The translations under genes were made by a program, and so were the position numbers. From Alkanindiges illinoisensis DSM 15370 (GTDB lineage: Bacteria > Pseudomonadota > Gammaproteobacteria > Pseudomonadales > Moraxellaceae): 32,000 nt of DNA. This document shows positions 8,803 to 18,533 of the stretch, in pieces (within the stretch, counting starts at the first letter, position 1; each line of letters begins with the position of its first letter). The notes under the pieces were generated by a model. That model was not told where the DNA came from. It was given only the letters and a program-made list of their open reading frames with translations, and made no database searches. The stretch is taken from assembly GCF_000619845.1 (NCBI RefSeq), contig NZ_KK211037.1, forward strand, positions 262,979-294,978, given 5' to 3'.

Positions 8803-9166
8803 GTCGGTGATTTCCGGTATTCTTTAGTCAAAAAAGCATAAGTTATTTTTGGATAATCTCAAAATAGGGCAAATAACAGGAAAAGAGGCTATAGATGAGC
8901 TTGAGCAAGTAAAAAATACCTATCAATGTATTGCTGAGTGGCTTGAAATACCCATAGTGCAGGAAAATAAAAAGATGTTTATTGAAGATAGTGAAAAAAC
9001 AGAGCTATGGTATATGTAGATGAGTTAAATTTTTATACGAGAATTATAGGATTAAACTACAAGCATTCGGAAAAATACCAAATTAGAGATTGAAAGTATT
9101 TCTAACCTTTTAACACGAATTTTTAAACACATTCCAAAAAGTTTTTTAAATCATAAAAATGATAAA

Positions 9167-9195
9167 TTAGTTTTATTTAAAAATTTCCCTATAAT
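9167..9195 (+). promoter_or_regulatory. Candidate leuC promoter (TATAAT at 9190-9195, weak -35 TTAGTT at 9167-9172)
   Basis: A perfect -10 hexamer lies 45 nt upstream of the leuC ATG with 17-nt spacing to a poor -35. The surrounding DNA is so AT-rich that a chance match is plausible. Confidence 0.3.
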
Positions 9196-9239
9196 AAGCT
9201 TATAGCAAATTCTTACCCAGCATTGGCGAGGCAAATAAC

Positions 9240-10658
9240 ATGGCCGGTAAAACACTTTACGACAAATTATGGGATGACCATTTGGTCAAGCAGCGCGACG
9301 ATGGTTCGTGTCTGATTTATATTGATCGACAGTTACTGCATGAAGTAACCAGTCCACAGGCATTTGAAGGCCTGCAACTGGCTGGCCGCAAGCCATGGCG
9401 TCTGGATGCCAACATTGCCACGCCGGATCATAACGTGCCGACTGACAAGGCCGAACGTGCTGAAGGCATTAGCGGTATTAAGGACGATACCTCGCGTATT
9501 CAGGTCAAAACCTTGGATGAAAACTGTAAGGCGTTTGATATTGTTGAGTTTGATATCAATGACGTGCGTCAGGGCATTGTGCATGTGGTTGGCCCGGAGC
9601 AGGGTTTAACCTTACCTGGTATGACCGTGGTGTGTGGTGATTCGCATACGGCTACACACGGTGCCTTTGGTTGTCTGGCACATGGTATTGGCACATCCGA
9701 AGTGGAACATGTGTTGGCGACCCAGTGTTTGATTCAAAAGAAATCCAAAAACATGCTGATTCGTGTGGATGGCGTGCTGGGTGATGGGGTTACGCCAAAA
9801 GACGTGGTGCTGGCCATTATTGCCAAGATTGGTACAGCGGGCGGCACAGGCTATGCGATTGAGTTTGGTGGTCAGGTGTTCCGTGACATGTCGATGGAAG
9901 GCCGCATGACGGTATGCAATATGGCCATTGAAGCTGGCGCGCGCGTGGGCATGGTGGCAGTAGATGATAAAACCATTGCCTATGTCAAAGACAAGCCGCA
10001 TGCCCCCAAAGCCGAGCAGTGGGATCAGGCCGTTGCCTACTGGAACACCCTGCATTCGGATGATTACGCGCTGTTTGATGCCGTGGTTGAGATTGATGGT
10101 GCCAGCATTGAGCCACAAGTATCGTGGGGCACTTCGCCTGAAATGGTGATTCCAGTCACACAGTCCGTGCCAACCCTTGCGCAAGCCAAGGATGAGGTAC
10201 AACGCAACGACTGGACGCGGGCTTACCAATATATGGGTTTAAGCGCAGGTCAAGCGTTAAGTGATATTCCACTGGATCGGGTGTTTATTGGTTCATGCAC
10301 TAATTCACGCATTGAGGATTTACGTGCGGCGGCTGAGGTGATTAAAGGTCGCAAGGTTGCTGCAAGTATTAAGCAGGCCATGGTGGTGCCGGGTTCTGGT
10401 TTGGTGAAACAACAAGCTGAAGCAGAAGGGCTGGACAAGGTATTTTTGGCTGCTGGTTTTCAGTGGCGCGAACCGGGTTGCTCGATGTGCTTGGCCATGA
10501 ACGCCGACAAGCTGCAACCGGGTGAACATTGTGCCTCTACCTCAAATCGCAACTTTGAGGGTCGTCAGGGTAATGGCGGGCGCACCCATCTGGTCAGTCC
10601 AGCGATGGCGGCGGCGGCGGCACTGGCCGGTCATTTTGTTGACGTGCGTCATTTTTGA
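9240..10658 (+). CDS. leuC: 3-isopropylmalate dehydratase large subunit
   Basis: 472 aa. N-terminus [16 protein letters not shown] and aconitase-family Fe-S ligand regions [18 protein letters not shown] and GCSMCLAMN. It is followed by leuD. Confidence 0.97.
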   Translation: MAGKTLYDKLWDDHLVKQRDDGSCLIYIDRQLLHEVTSPQAFEGLQLAGRKPWRLDANIATPDHNVPTDKAERAEGISGIKDDTSRIQVKTLDENCKAFDIVEFDINDVRQGIVHVVGPEQGLTLPGMTVVCGDSHTATHGAFGCLAHGIGTSEVEHVLATQCLIQKKSKNMLIRVDGVLGDGVTPKDVVLAIIAKIGTAGGTGYAIEFGGQVFRDMSMEGRMTVCNMAIEAGARVGMVAVDDKTIAYVKDKPHAPKAEQWDQAVAYWNTLHSDDYALFDAVVEIDGASIEPQVSWGTSPEMVIPVTQSVPTLAQAKDEVQRNDWTRAYQYMGLSAGQALSDIPLDRVFIGSCTNSRIEDLRAAAEVIKGRKVAASIKQAMVVPGSGLVKQQAEAEGLDKVFLAAGFQWREPGCSMCLAMNADKLQPGEHCASTSNRNFEGRQGNGGRTHLVSPAMAAAAALAGHFVDVRHF

Positions 10659-10685
10659 GATCGCTTTATTTCTAAAAACCCTAAA

Positions 10686-10702
10686 TCCCCTGATAAAGGG
10701 GA
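10686..10702 (+). other. Small stem-loop in the leuC-leuD spacer
   Basis: TCCCCT-gataa-AGGGGA within the 77-nt intercistronic gap. There is no adjacent T-run, so it is not a terminator call. Confidence 0.4.
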
Positions 10703-10735
10703 CTTAAAATTCTTGTGATTTTTTAGGAAAAAAAC

Positions 10736-11386
10736 ATGAAACCTTATACCGTTGAACAAGGTTTGGCAGCGCCATTGGATCGTGCCAATGTCGATACCGA
10801 CCTGATTATCCCCAAGCAGTTTTTAAAGTCCATCAAACGTACTGGCTTTGGTGCCAACTTGTTTGATGAGTTGCGTTATCTAGATGAAGGTTATCTGGGG
10901 CTGGACAATGACAAACGCCCCAAAAATCCTGATTTTGTGCTGAATCAACCGCGTTATCAAGGGGCAACTGTATTGTTGGCGCGTACCAATTTTGGCTGTG
11001 GTTCCAGCCGTGAACATGCACCATGGGCACTGGAAGAATATGGTTTTAGAACCGTAATTGCGCCCAGTTTTGCCGACATTTTCTTTAATAACTGCTTTAA
11101 AAATGGCATGTTACCGGTAATTTTACCGGAAGAAACGGTTGACCAGCTATTTAATGAATGTCAGGCGCAAGACGGCTATCAGCTCACGGTAGACCTGCCT
11201 GCTCAGGTAGTCCGCACATCTAATGGCCAGGAGTTTGCCTTTAGCATCGATGAATTCCGCAAGCATTGCCTGATTAATGGTCTGGATGACATTGGTTTAA
11301 CCTTGCAGGATAGTGCGGTGATTTCCGAGTTTGAGAGCAGGGCACAGCAATCGCGTCCCTGGGTTTTTAATAGCCTGCGACCTTAA
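10736..11386 (+). CDS. leuD: 3-isopropylmalate dehydratase small subunit
   Basis: 216 aa. Motifs [13 protein letters not shown] and [15 protein letters not shown] are typical of LeuD. Confidence 0.96.
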   Translation: MKPYTVEQGLAAPLDRANVDTDLIIPKQFLKSIKRTGFGANLFDELRYLDEGYLGLDNDKRPKNPDFVLNQPRYQGATVLLARTNFGCGSSREHAPWALEEYGFRTVIAPSFADIFFNNCFKNGMLPVILPEETVDQLFNECQAQDGYQLTVDLPAQVVRTSNGQEFAFSIDEFRKHCLINGLDDIGLTLQDSAVISEFESRAQQSRPWVFNSLRP

Positions 11387-11525
11387 GACCCGTAGATTGG
11401 AAGTGCGCAATAAGGCAATCTAAGGTATAGTTGATCGGTTTATACTTTCATTTTTAAGTATTCACCAGACACTATTTTGGTTCGGGTACATTGGGTTACA
11501 CCCATTGATGGAGCACTTGGTTGCC

Positions 11526-12146
11526 ATGTACAAAGCGGGTTTAACAGGTTTTGCAGTAGGGCTGTTGTGCGCAAGTCTGGTGGGATGCCAGCTGGCGCCA
11601 AAATCAACAAAAACATCAGGTATGTCTCCACCACCGCGCCTTTCTGCGGCCAAGGTTGAGGTGCTGGAAAGCCCGCCACCCAAAGGGTTAGTGGGCTTGC
11701 ACTGTTCTGGTGGGGTTGGTTGTGAATTTGCCCAGCTCAACAATATTGTGGTGATCAATGAAGCCACCCGGCAGCCAACTGATGCGGCAATTCATGCCTC
11801 GATTGTGCGGTTTGAAGACAACAGCCTGACTACTGGACAGGCTAACCGCTATTTTATTGCCATGCGTCCGGGCCGTAATGAAATCAAGGTGCGTTTTTAT
11901 CCGGTCACACCCGACCGTGCTGAAAACTTTGCCCTGATTCATGATTTTCGTGCAGACCGCAATTATCGCCTGAATATGTTCCGGCAGCGTAGTGCAGACG
12001 CCGCTTCCAGCTTGCTGAATGCCGCAACGCCAGATCCGCTATGCGTTGACTTACTGGAAAATGACAAGGTACTGCGCCGCTTTTGTCGTCCGTTTGATCC
12101 GACAACTGGAATGGGTGAATTTCTGGAGCAGCGGGTAGGCAATTAA
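11526..12146 (+). CDS. Hypothetical lipoprotein inserted between leuD and leuB
   Basis: The signal peptide plus lipobox is MYKAGLTGFAVGLLCASLVG|C. The mature part is Cys-containing (HCSGGVGCEF, PLCVDL, RRFCRPF) and I recognise no family. The start could also be ATG 11508 or TTG 11505. Confidence 0.6.
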   Translation: MYKAGLTGFAVGLLCASLVGCQLAPKSTKTSGMSPPPRLSAAKVEVLESPPPKGLVGLHCSGGVGCEFAQLNNIVVINEATRQPTDAAIHASIVRFEDNSLTTGQANRYFIAMRPGRNEIKVRFYPVTPDRAENFALIHDFRADRNYRLNMFRQRSADAASSLLNAATPDPLCVDLLENDKVLRRFCRPFDPTTGMGEFLEQRVGN

Positions 12147-12320
12147 GGACAGTTATGTGCGCGCACGGCTAAACCTGAAACTCTAAAAGGAATGCGGCAA
12201 AGGCTAGATTCCTGATTTTTACATAGGTTTTTATACAGGCGTTTTATATCAAGCCGTAGTCTTGATGCGTTCGTAGGCGGCTGGATATATCGCTAATAAA
12301 TTGATGAGTGGAATAAGACA

Positions 12321-13400
12321 ATGTCAAAGCAGATTTTAATTTTGGCGGGTGATGGAATTGGCCCGGAAATCATGTCAGCAGCGGAGCATGTGCTCGGTGT
12401 GGTGAATGAGAAATTCAGTCTGGGGTTAAGCTGGGAGCATGGCCTGCTGGGTGGTTGTGCCATTGATGCGCATGGCGTACCGCTACCCGATGTCACGCTG
12501 GAAGCGGCTAAAAAAGCTGATGCGGTACTATTGGGCGCAGTGGGCGGGCCAAAGTGGGACACCATTGAGCGCTCCATCCGTCCAGAGCGTGGCTTGCTCA
12601 AAATCCGTAGCGAACTGAACCTGTTTGCCAATTTGCGTCCAGCCATTTTGTATCCGCAACTGGCCGATGCCTCAAGCCTAAAACCTGAAATTGTGGCAGG
12701 TCTGGATATCCTGATTGTCCGTGAACTGACTGGCGGTATTTACTTTGGCCAGCCGCGTGGCATTCGCACACTGGAAAACGGTGAAAAGCAGGGCTACAAC
12801 ACCGATGTGTATAGTGAGTCTGAAATCAAGCGCATTGCCAAAGTTGCTTTTGACATGGCTGGCCTGCGTGGTGGCAAGGTCTGTTCGGTAGACAAAGCCA
12901 ATGTGCTGGAAGTCACTGAGTTGTGGAAGCAAACCGTGACTGAACTAGCGGCCAGCGAGTATCCCAATATCCAGTTGTCACACATGTATGTGGATAACGC
13001 AGCCATGCAACTGGTGCGTGCACCCAAGCAGTTTGATGTCATTGTGACTGGCAACCTGTTTGGCGATATCCTATCAGATGAAGCCGCCATGCTCACTGGT
13101 TCAATTGGTATGCTGCCGTCTGCTTCACTGGATGAAAATGGCAAGGGCATGTATGAGCCATGTCATGGTTCAGCGCCAGATATTGCAGGCAAGAATATTG
13201 CCAATCCACTGGCCACCATTTTGTCTGTGGCCATGATGCTGCGCTATACCTTCCGTGAGGAAACCGCAGCCAAAGCCATTGAAGATGCAGTGGGCAAGGT
13301 GCTGGATCAGGGGCTGCGTACCGGTGACATCATGAGTGATGGCATGACACAGGTGGGTACACAAGCCATGGGTGAGGCCGTGGTAAACGCACTGGCCTAA
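12321..13400 (+). CDS. leuB: 3-isopropylmalate dehydrogenase
   Basis: 359 aa. N-terminus [17 protein letters not shown] and the isocitrate/isopropylmalate dehydrogenase signature [26 protein letters not shown]. Confidence 0.97.
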   Translation: MSKQILILAGDGIGPEIMSAAEHVLGVVNEKFSLGLSWEHGLLGGCAIDAHGVPLPDVTLEAAKKADAVLLGAVGGPKWDTIERSIRPERGLLKIRSELNLFANLRPAILYPQLADASSLKPEIVAGLDILIVRELTGGIYFGQPRGIRTLENGEKQGYNTDVYSESEIKRIAKVAFDMAGLRGGKVCSVDKANVLEVTELWKQTVTELAASEYPNIQLSHMYVDNAAMQLVRAPKQFDVIVTGNLFGDILSDEAAMLTGSIGMLPSASLDENGKGMYEPCHGSAPDIAGKNIANPLATILSVAMMLRYTFREETAAKAIEDAVGKVLDQGLRTGDIMSDGMTQVGTQAMGEAVVNALA

Positions 13401-13415
13401 TCTTATTTGGTATAT

Positions 13416-13447
13416 GAAAAAGCTGATAGAAATATCAGCTTTTTTTA
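13416..13447 (+). terminator. Intrinsic terminator after leuB
   Basis: AAAAAGCTGATA-gaaa-TATCAGCTTTTTTT, 16 nt after the leuB stop. Confidence 0.8.
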
Positions 13448-13611
13448 TGCCTGCGTTTTGGCAGGAGTTTTTGAATATAATGTGAAAGCTTTAAAGGAAT
13501 TTGCTTTACCTAAAAATACATTTTAAAAATAAAGCCTCATGTCATTTTTTATACAGGCTTGCTAGGGTAATAACAAATTTAAAAACAGCAAACCTCACAA
13601 CGGAGAACATC

Positions 13612-14148
13612 ATGGCAAAAATTGCATTTCTGGTGCATAACTATTTTGAACAGGTTGAGCTGACTGGCCCGCGTGAAATTCTGGAGGATCACGGCCATAG
13701 CACAGTGCTGATTGCTGCGGAAGACCAGACCGTGCAGGGCATGGAAAGTGACGTGAATAAGAAGGATGAGTTTCAGGCCGATTTGTTGCTCAAAGATGCC
13801 AACTATAAGGATTATGATGCGCTGGTACTGCCAGGCGGCACAGTCAATGCAGACAAGCTGCGGGTAAATCCAATGGCACAAAAAATGGTCAAGGATTTTT
13901 TAAATGCAGACCGTCTGGTTGCAGCGATTTGTCATGCGCCGTGGTTACTGGTTTCCAGTGGCGTGGTGGCAGGCAAGGATATTACCGCTTATGAGTCGCT
14001 TAAAGACGACCTGACCAATGCAGGAGCCAACTATCAGGATGAGCCCGTGGTGCGTGATGGCGACATTATTACCAGCCGCAAGCCGGATGACATTCCTGCG
14101 TTTGCACAGGCCATTGATGAGTTTTTTATCAAGCATGACTCCAAGTAG
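13612..14148 (+). CDS. DJ-1/PfpI-family protein (YhbO/PfpI-type protease or deglycase)
   Basis: The start is moved to ATG 13612 (MAKIAFLVHNYFEQVEL), preceded by GGAGA. The nucleophile elbow AAICHAPWLL and LPGG are typical of the family. Confidence 0.85.
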   Translation: MAKIAFLVHNYFEQVELTGPREILEDHGHSTVLIAAEDQTVQGMESDVNKKDEFQADLLLKDANYKDYDALVLPGGTVNADKLRVNPMAQKMVKDFLNADRLVAAICHAPWLLVSSGVVAGKDITAYESLKDDLTNAGANYQDEPVVRDGDIITSRKPDDIPAFAQAIDEFFIKHDSK

Positions 14149-14231
14149 CCAAAGCAGCTAAAATCTTCTAAGACCACCTGAAGTATTGCTAGTGATTTAA
14201 AACGGCTGAATTAAGCAACTGAATTTATTGC

Positions 14232-15575
14232 TTAAACCTGATCAGTTTCGCTACTGTCGCTGCCAAATAGCGAGCGGCGCTGTTCACGCGGAATAGCAGG
14301 GCACTGGCTGGAAATCTGGTAAAGCACGTTGCCAAGGCTGGGCAGGTGCGTACCTACCACCGATTTACCTGAAGTCAGCAGTGACACACTAATGTCACGC
14401 GCCGGATCAGCCCAGCAGAAAATATTGGAAAAACCAATATGGCCAAAAGCCTGTCCGGTCATGGGGCCAAAGAGGCCAACCGGATTACTGCCCAGCATCG
14501 GACCCAGCGCATAACGCATTGGTGCCAGCAACGTACGATCCAGACTGGTGCCGGAAGTGGGCAGGGTTGCCCGGAATACGGTGCGCGGCGATAAAATCTG
14601 CTTGCCATTATAGCTGCCGCCACTCAGCAGCATTTCAAAGAAGCGGCCTGCCTGTTCAGCGCTGGTGTAAATATTGCCAGCCGGACAAATGGTTTCCATA
14701 AAGCGCGGGTCATTGGTCACATCAACGGCCAGTTGCAGGCCACCACCCAGCACGTGATTCAGGTATTTATCGGTGCCAAGGCCCGGATGCAGGCCAGTGG
14801 CGTAGTTCATGGCCACCTGATCGCGCATTTCCGGTTTTAAGCCGTAGTTAAAATAATCCATGCCCATGGGTTGTTCAATTTGCTTATGCAGGAAAGTGCG
14901 TAAGTCCTGTCCAGTCACCCGTTCAATAATTTCGCCCAGAATATAGCCCGCGGTAACCGCATGATAGGCCAGCCGGGAACCCGCAGCCGATACGGGCGCC
15001 GCCTTGTACAGCCGCTGCATGATTTCATCATGGTTAAACAACAGCTCTGGGGTAACATCGCCTTCAATCTTGGGAATGCCACCACGGTGTGCCAGCAAAT
15101 GAAAAATTGTGGCACGGCGTTTGCCATTCACGCCGTATTCGGGAATGTAATAACTGACCGGGTCAAGCAGGTTAATGGCACCTTGTTCATCCAGCAAATG
15201 AATCAGCATGGCCGTGACAATCTTGGAAGCCGAAAATAGGCAGACAGGCGTGCCCGGATTGGCAACTTTTGCATCTACGGCCAGTCCTTCGGCAGAGTTG
15301 CCGTGCACATGACCCAGTGAGCGGTTCAGGATGATTTGCCCCTGCCGGCGCAGGCAAAATGTCACCAGCGGATAGTTGCCGGTTTTATACAGTGACTCAA
15401 TACTGCGCCAGATTTTATTGACCTGTTTTGTGGTCATGCCACCTGCTTCAGCGGGTTGTTCATCCTGCTGGCGGATAATAGCCGATAGATTTTTGGGAAC
15501 ATGGCAGGTATTGGTAGACAGTAGTTTCACGTTCAACTCATCGCGTGCTGGCAATATTGGCGTTGAGTGTGCCAA
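14232..15575 (-). CDS. Serine hydrolase, beta-lactamase/class C esterase-like family
   Basis: The S-x-x-K motif is in CLFSASKIVTAML, and the overall layout resembles EstB/AmpC-like proteins. The ORF-track start at 15575 is TTG. ATG at 15437 (MTTKQVNKIW, preceded by AGGTGG) is a plausible alternative. Confidence 0.75.
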   Translation of the reverse strand: MAHSTPILPARDELNVKLLSTNTCHVPKNLSAIIRQQDEQPAEAGGMTTKQVNKIWRSIESLYKTGNYPLVTFCLRRQGQIILNRSLGHVHGNSAEGLAVDAKVANPGTPVCLFSASKIVTAMLIHLLDEQGAINLLDPVSYYIPEYGVNGKRRATIFHLLAHRGGIPKIEGDVTPELLFNHDEIMQRLYKAAPVSAAGSRLAYHAVTAGYILGEIIERVTGQDLRTFLHKQIEQPMGMDYFNYGLKPEMRDQVAMNYATGLHPGLGTDKYLNHVLGGGLQLAVDVTNDPRFMETICPAGNIYTSAEQAGRFFEMLLSGGSYNGKQILSPRTVFRATLPTSGTSLDRTLLAPMRYALGPMLGSNPVGLFGPMTGQAFGHIGFSNIFCWADPARDISVSLLTSGKSVVGTHLPSLGNVLYQISSQCPAIPREQRRSLFGSDSSETDQV

Positions 15576-15625
15576 TGACAGGGCAAAAAGTCAGTGTCCA
15601 AAATGACAGGGTTTTGAAAACAATT

Positions 15626-15654
15626 TTGCAATCATGCAGCATTTACTTTAAAAT
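15626..15654 (+). promoter_or_regulatory. Sigma70-type promoter for rpsO
   Basis: TTGCAA (15626-15631), a 17-nt spacer, then TAAAAT (15649-15654), about 105 nt upstream of the rpsO ATG. Confidence 0.6.
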
Positions 15655-15761
15655 ATGCGACTGCTGTAGTGATGCACGGCATTCATTAAAGGTGATTGCG
15701 CAAGTAAGGCGCCTTTTGTGAAATTTTCGCATCTTTTATTGAAGCATCTCGGAGAGTTCTC

Positions 15762-16031
15762 ATGGCTTTAAACAACGCAGACCGCGCTGATATCATCGCA
15801 AAATTTGCCCGCGCAGAAAATGACACAGGTTCACCAGAAGTTCAGGTTGCCCTGCTGACTGCACAAATCAATGACCTGCAAGGTCACTTTAAAGCGCACA
15901 AGCATGACCATCACAGCCGTCGTGGTCTGATCCGCAAAGTAAACCAGCGCCGTAAACTGCTGGACTACTTAAAAGGCAAAGACAGCGACCGTTATCAATC
16001 GCTGATTGGTGCACTGGGTCTACGTCGTTAA
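15762..16031 (+). CDS. rpsO: 30S ribosomal protein S15
   Basis: 89 aa. Motifs [27 protein letters not shown] and RRKLLDYLK. It is followed by pnp. Confidence 0.98.
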   Translation: MALNNADRADIIAKFARAENDTGSPEVQVALLTAQINDLQGHFKAHKHDHHSRRGLIRKVNQRRKLLDYLKGKDSDRYQSLIGALGLRR

Positions 16032-16120
16032 GACGAGCCAGATGATCAACTGTTCAAACCGCTATTCTTTAATGGTTATGGGCAACTGGTCGCAACTAAT
16101 GAATAGACTTCATTAGAATT

Positions 16121-16151
16121 GGGGAAGGGGCGATTATTCGCTCCTTCTTTG
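16121..16151 (+). terminator. rpsO intrinsic terminator
   Basis: GAAGGGGCG-attatt-CGCTCCTTC (one G-U pair) followed by TTTG. A smaller hairpin, CTAATGAA-tagac-TTCATTAG, sits just upstream at 16096-16116. Confidence 0.7.
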
Positions 16152-16165
16152 TATGTTCACTGTAT

Positions 16166-16248
16166 GGCGTAAAGCGGCTTCTAACGCCTGTTATTCAAAC
16201 GATAAATAAAAAATCATTATAGATAACAGTCGTTAGGGGCCTTGCGCC
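16166..16248 (+). promoter_or_regulatory. Long imperfect stem-loop in the pnp 5' leader (candidate RNase III / PNPase autoregulation hairpin)
   Basis: Left arm GGCGTAAAGCGGCTTCTAACGCCTGTTAT (16166-16194) pairs with right arm ATAACAGTCGTTAGGGGCCTTGCGCC (16223-16248). That gives about 25 pairs including G-U, one mismatch and one internal loop, around an AT-rich 28-nt loop. It ends 30 nt before the pnp ATG. Confidence 0.6.
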
Positions 16249-16277
16249 ACCAAAAATGTATTAAGGAAAAATTATAG

Positions 16278-18371
16278 ATGTCCATGTTTAATATTGTTCG
16301 TAAAGAATTTCAATATGGCCAGCATACCGTGGTGCTGGAAACCGGCCGCATTGCGCGTCAGGCCAACACTGTATTCGTGACTATGGGTGGTGTGAGTGTG
16401 CTGGTTGCCGTAGTTGCACAGCCAACTGCCAAAGCCGGTCAGGATTTCTTCCCGCTGACTGTTAACTATCAGGAAAAACAATATGCAGCTGGCCGCATTC
16501 CGGGTGGTTATGGCAAGCGTGAAGGCCGCGCCAGTGAAGCTGAAACCCTGATTTCCCGTCTGATTGACCGTCCGATTCGCCCACTATTCCCGGAAGGCTA
16601 CTACAATGAAATTCAGGTAACTGCATCGGTAGTCTCTTCTGACAAAACCATGCATGCTGATATTGCTGCCATGCTGGGAACTTCTGCGGCACTGGCAATT
16701 GCCGGTACACCGTTTAAAGGCCCGATTGGTGCAGCCCGTGTTGGTTTTATCAATGGTGAATACATCCTGAACCCATCCATTGCGCAACTTGATGCCAGTG
16801 AACTGGATCTGGTGGTTGCCGGTACTGACAAGGCTGTACTAATGGTGGAATCAGAAGCCAAAGAGCTGTCTGAAGACCAGATGCTGGGCGCGGTGCTGTT
16901 TGGCCATGATGAAATGCAGGTTGCAGTAGCAGCTATTAACGATTTTGCAGCGCAAGTGGGTGCTCAGCCAAGTAACTGGACTGCGCCAGCGGTTAATACT
17001 GAACTCAAAGACCAGTTAAAAGCCCGTTTTGAAGCGCAGGTTTCTGAAGCTTATACCTTAACGGTAAAGCAGGAACGCTATGCTGCACTGGATGCCATTA
17101 AGGAAGCCGCACTGGCTGAGTTTGCACCAGAAGGTTCTGATGCTGGTTTAAGCGATGAAGTCGCCAACCTGTTTGAAGACCTAAAATACCGTACCGTGCG
17201 TGACAATATCCTGTCTGGCAAGCCACGTATTGATGGCCGTGATACCAAAACTGTTCGCGCACTGGATGTACAGGTTGGTGTGCTGCCGCGTACCCATGGT
17301 TCTGCGTTGTTTACCCGTGGTGAAACTCAGGCACTGGTGACTGCAACGCTGGGTAACACCCGTGATGCCCTGATGGTTGATACCCTGGCAGGTACTAAAA
17401 CCGACAACTTCATGCTGCATTACAACTTCCCGGCGTATTCCGTGGGTGAAACTGGCCGTGAGTCTGGTCCGAAACGCCGCGAAATTGGCCATGGTCGTCT
17501 GGCGCGTCGTGGTGTGCAGGCCGTGTTGCCAGCGCCTGACCGTTTCCCGTATGTATTGCGTATTGTGTCTGACATTACCGAATCCAATGGTTCATCTTCC
17601 ATGGCTTCTGTATGTGGTGCCAGCCTTGCGTTAATGGATGCCGGTGTACCTTTAAAAGCCCCGGTTGCTGGTATTGCCATGGGTCTGGTTAAGGAAGGCG
17701 AACGCTTTGCTGTATTGTCCGATATTCTGGGTGATGAAGATCACTTGGGCGATATGGACTTTAAAGTGGCCGGTTCTGCCAATGGCATTACCGCGCTGCA
17801 AATGGACATCAAGATTGAAGGCATCACTGAAGAAATCATGGAAGTGGCACTGAATCAGGCCTATTCCGGACGTATTCATATCCTGAATGCCATGAATCAG
17901 GTACTGAACCGTGCCCGTCCAGAAATCAACATGCATGCACCAACCTATGCAGTCATCCAGATTAATCCGGACAAGATTCGTGACGTGATTGGTAAAGGTG
18001 GTGCGACCATTCGTGCCCTGACCGAAGAAACCGGTGCTTCTGTTGATATCGAAGACAATGGCACCGTGCGTGTGTTTGGTGAAAGCAAAGCAGCCACTGC
18101 CGCTGCAATTGCCAAGATTCAGGCACTGACTGCTGAAGTGGAGCCGGGCACCATTTATACTGGTACTGTGGTACGCATTGTTGAATTTGGTGCATTTGTG
18201 AATATTCTGCCGGGCACTGATGGCCTGCTGCATATTTCACAAATTTCCAATGAACGTATTGCCAATGTGGCTGATGTACTGACCGAAGGCCAGAAAGTTC
18301 AGGTTCAGGTTCAGGACGTTGACCAGCGTGGCCGCATCAAGCTGTCCATGAAAGACATTCCACAGGCATAA
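16278..18371 (+). CDS. pnp: Polyribonucleotide nucleotidyltransferase (PNPase)
   Basis: 697 aa. N-terminus [20 protein letters not shown], two RNase PH domains ([15 protein letters not shown]), a KH domain, and a C-terminal S1 domain ([29 protein letters not shown]). The start could be ATG 16284. Confidence 0.98.
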   Translation: MSMFNIVRKEFQYGQHTVVLETGRIARQANTVFVTMGGVSVLVAVVAQPTAKAGQDFFPLTVNYQEKQYAAGRIPGGYGKREGRASEAETLISRLIDRPIRPLFPEGYYNEIQVTASVVSSDKTMHADIAAMLGTSAALAIAGTPFKGPIGAARVGFINGEYILNPSIAQLDASELDLVVAGTDKAVLMVESEAKELSEDQMLGAVLFGHDEMQVAVAAINDFAAQVGAQPSNWTAPAVNTELKDQLKARFEAQVSEAYTLTVKQERYAALDAIKEAALAEFAPEGSDAGLSDEVANLFEDLKYRTVRDNILSGKPRIDGRDTKTVRALDVQVGVLPRTHGSALFTRGETQALVTATLGNTRDALMVDTLAGTKTDNFMLHYNFPAYSVGETGRESGPKRREIGHGRLARRGVQAVLPAPDRFPYVLRIVSDITESNGSSSMASVCGASLALMDAGVPLKAPVAGIAMGLVKEGERFAVLSDILGDEDHLGDMDFKVAGSANGITALQMDIKIEGITEEIMEVALNQAYSGRIHILNAMNQVLNRARPEINMHAPTYAVIQINPDKIRDVIGKGGATIRALTEETGASVDIEDNGTVRVFGESKAATAAAIAKIQALTAEVEPGTIYTGTVVRIVEFGAFVNILPGTDGLLHISQISNERIANVADVLTEGQKVQVQVQDVDQRGRIKLSMKDIPQA

Positions 18372-18414
18372 CAACAGGTCGTCTGATCTGTCATTGCTGG
18401 AATTGCTTTAAAAA

Positions 18415-18437
18415 GTCCGCTTCGGCGGGCTTTTTTA
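18415..18437 (+). terminator. pnp intrinsic terminator
   Basis: AGTCCGC-ttcg-GCGGGCT (TTCG tetraloop, one G-U) followed by TTTTTT. Confidence 0.85.
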
Positions 18438-18533
18438 TTGGTCGGTCACTCAACAATATAATTGTACCTTGATTAATCTTCGTGCTATCTTTTGCAGGTT
18501 ATTAGGACAAAAACAAGATTGAGGACCGCATAA

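Noticed and set aside
8895-8912. SD-preceded mini-ORF MSLSK as a leucine attenuator leader peptide
   Set aside because: It has only one Leu codon, lies about 330 nt upstream of leuC, and has no downstream terminator/antiterminator pair.
8803-9239. AT-rich spacer as an IS/MITE remnant or other mobile element
   Set aside because: I could find no terminal inverted repeats, target-site duplication or transposase-like reading frame. It is retained only as a compositional and regulatory observation.
9333-10529. ORFs overlapping leuC, mostly antisense (up to 205 aa at 9612-10229)
   Set aside because: For the same reason: they are embedded in leuC, the translations are His/Arg/Cys-rich, and there are no start signals.
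14211-14235. Hairpin TTAAGCAA-ctgaattta-TTGCTTAA at the 3' end of the serine hydrolase gene as a terminator
   Set aside because: There is no U-tract on either strand and the stem is AT-rich and short. This is not enough to call a terminator.
16272-18240. Antisense and out-of-frame ORFs overlapping pnp (up to 193 aa at 17652-18233)
   Set aside because: They are embedded in a highly conserved gene, with no motifs or RBS.
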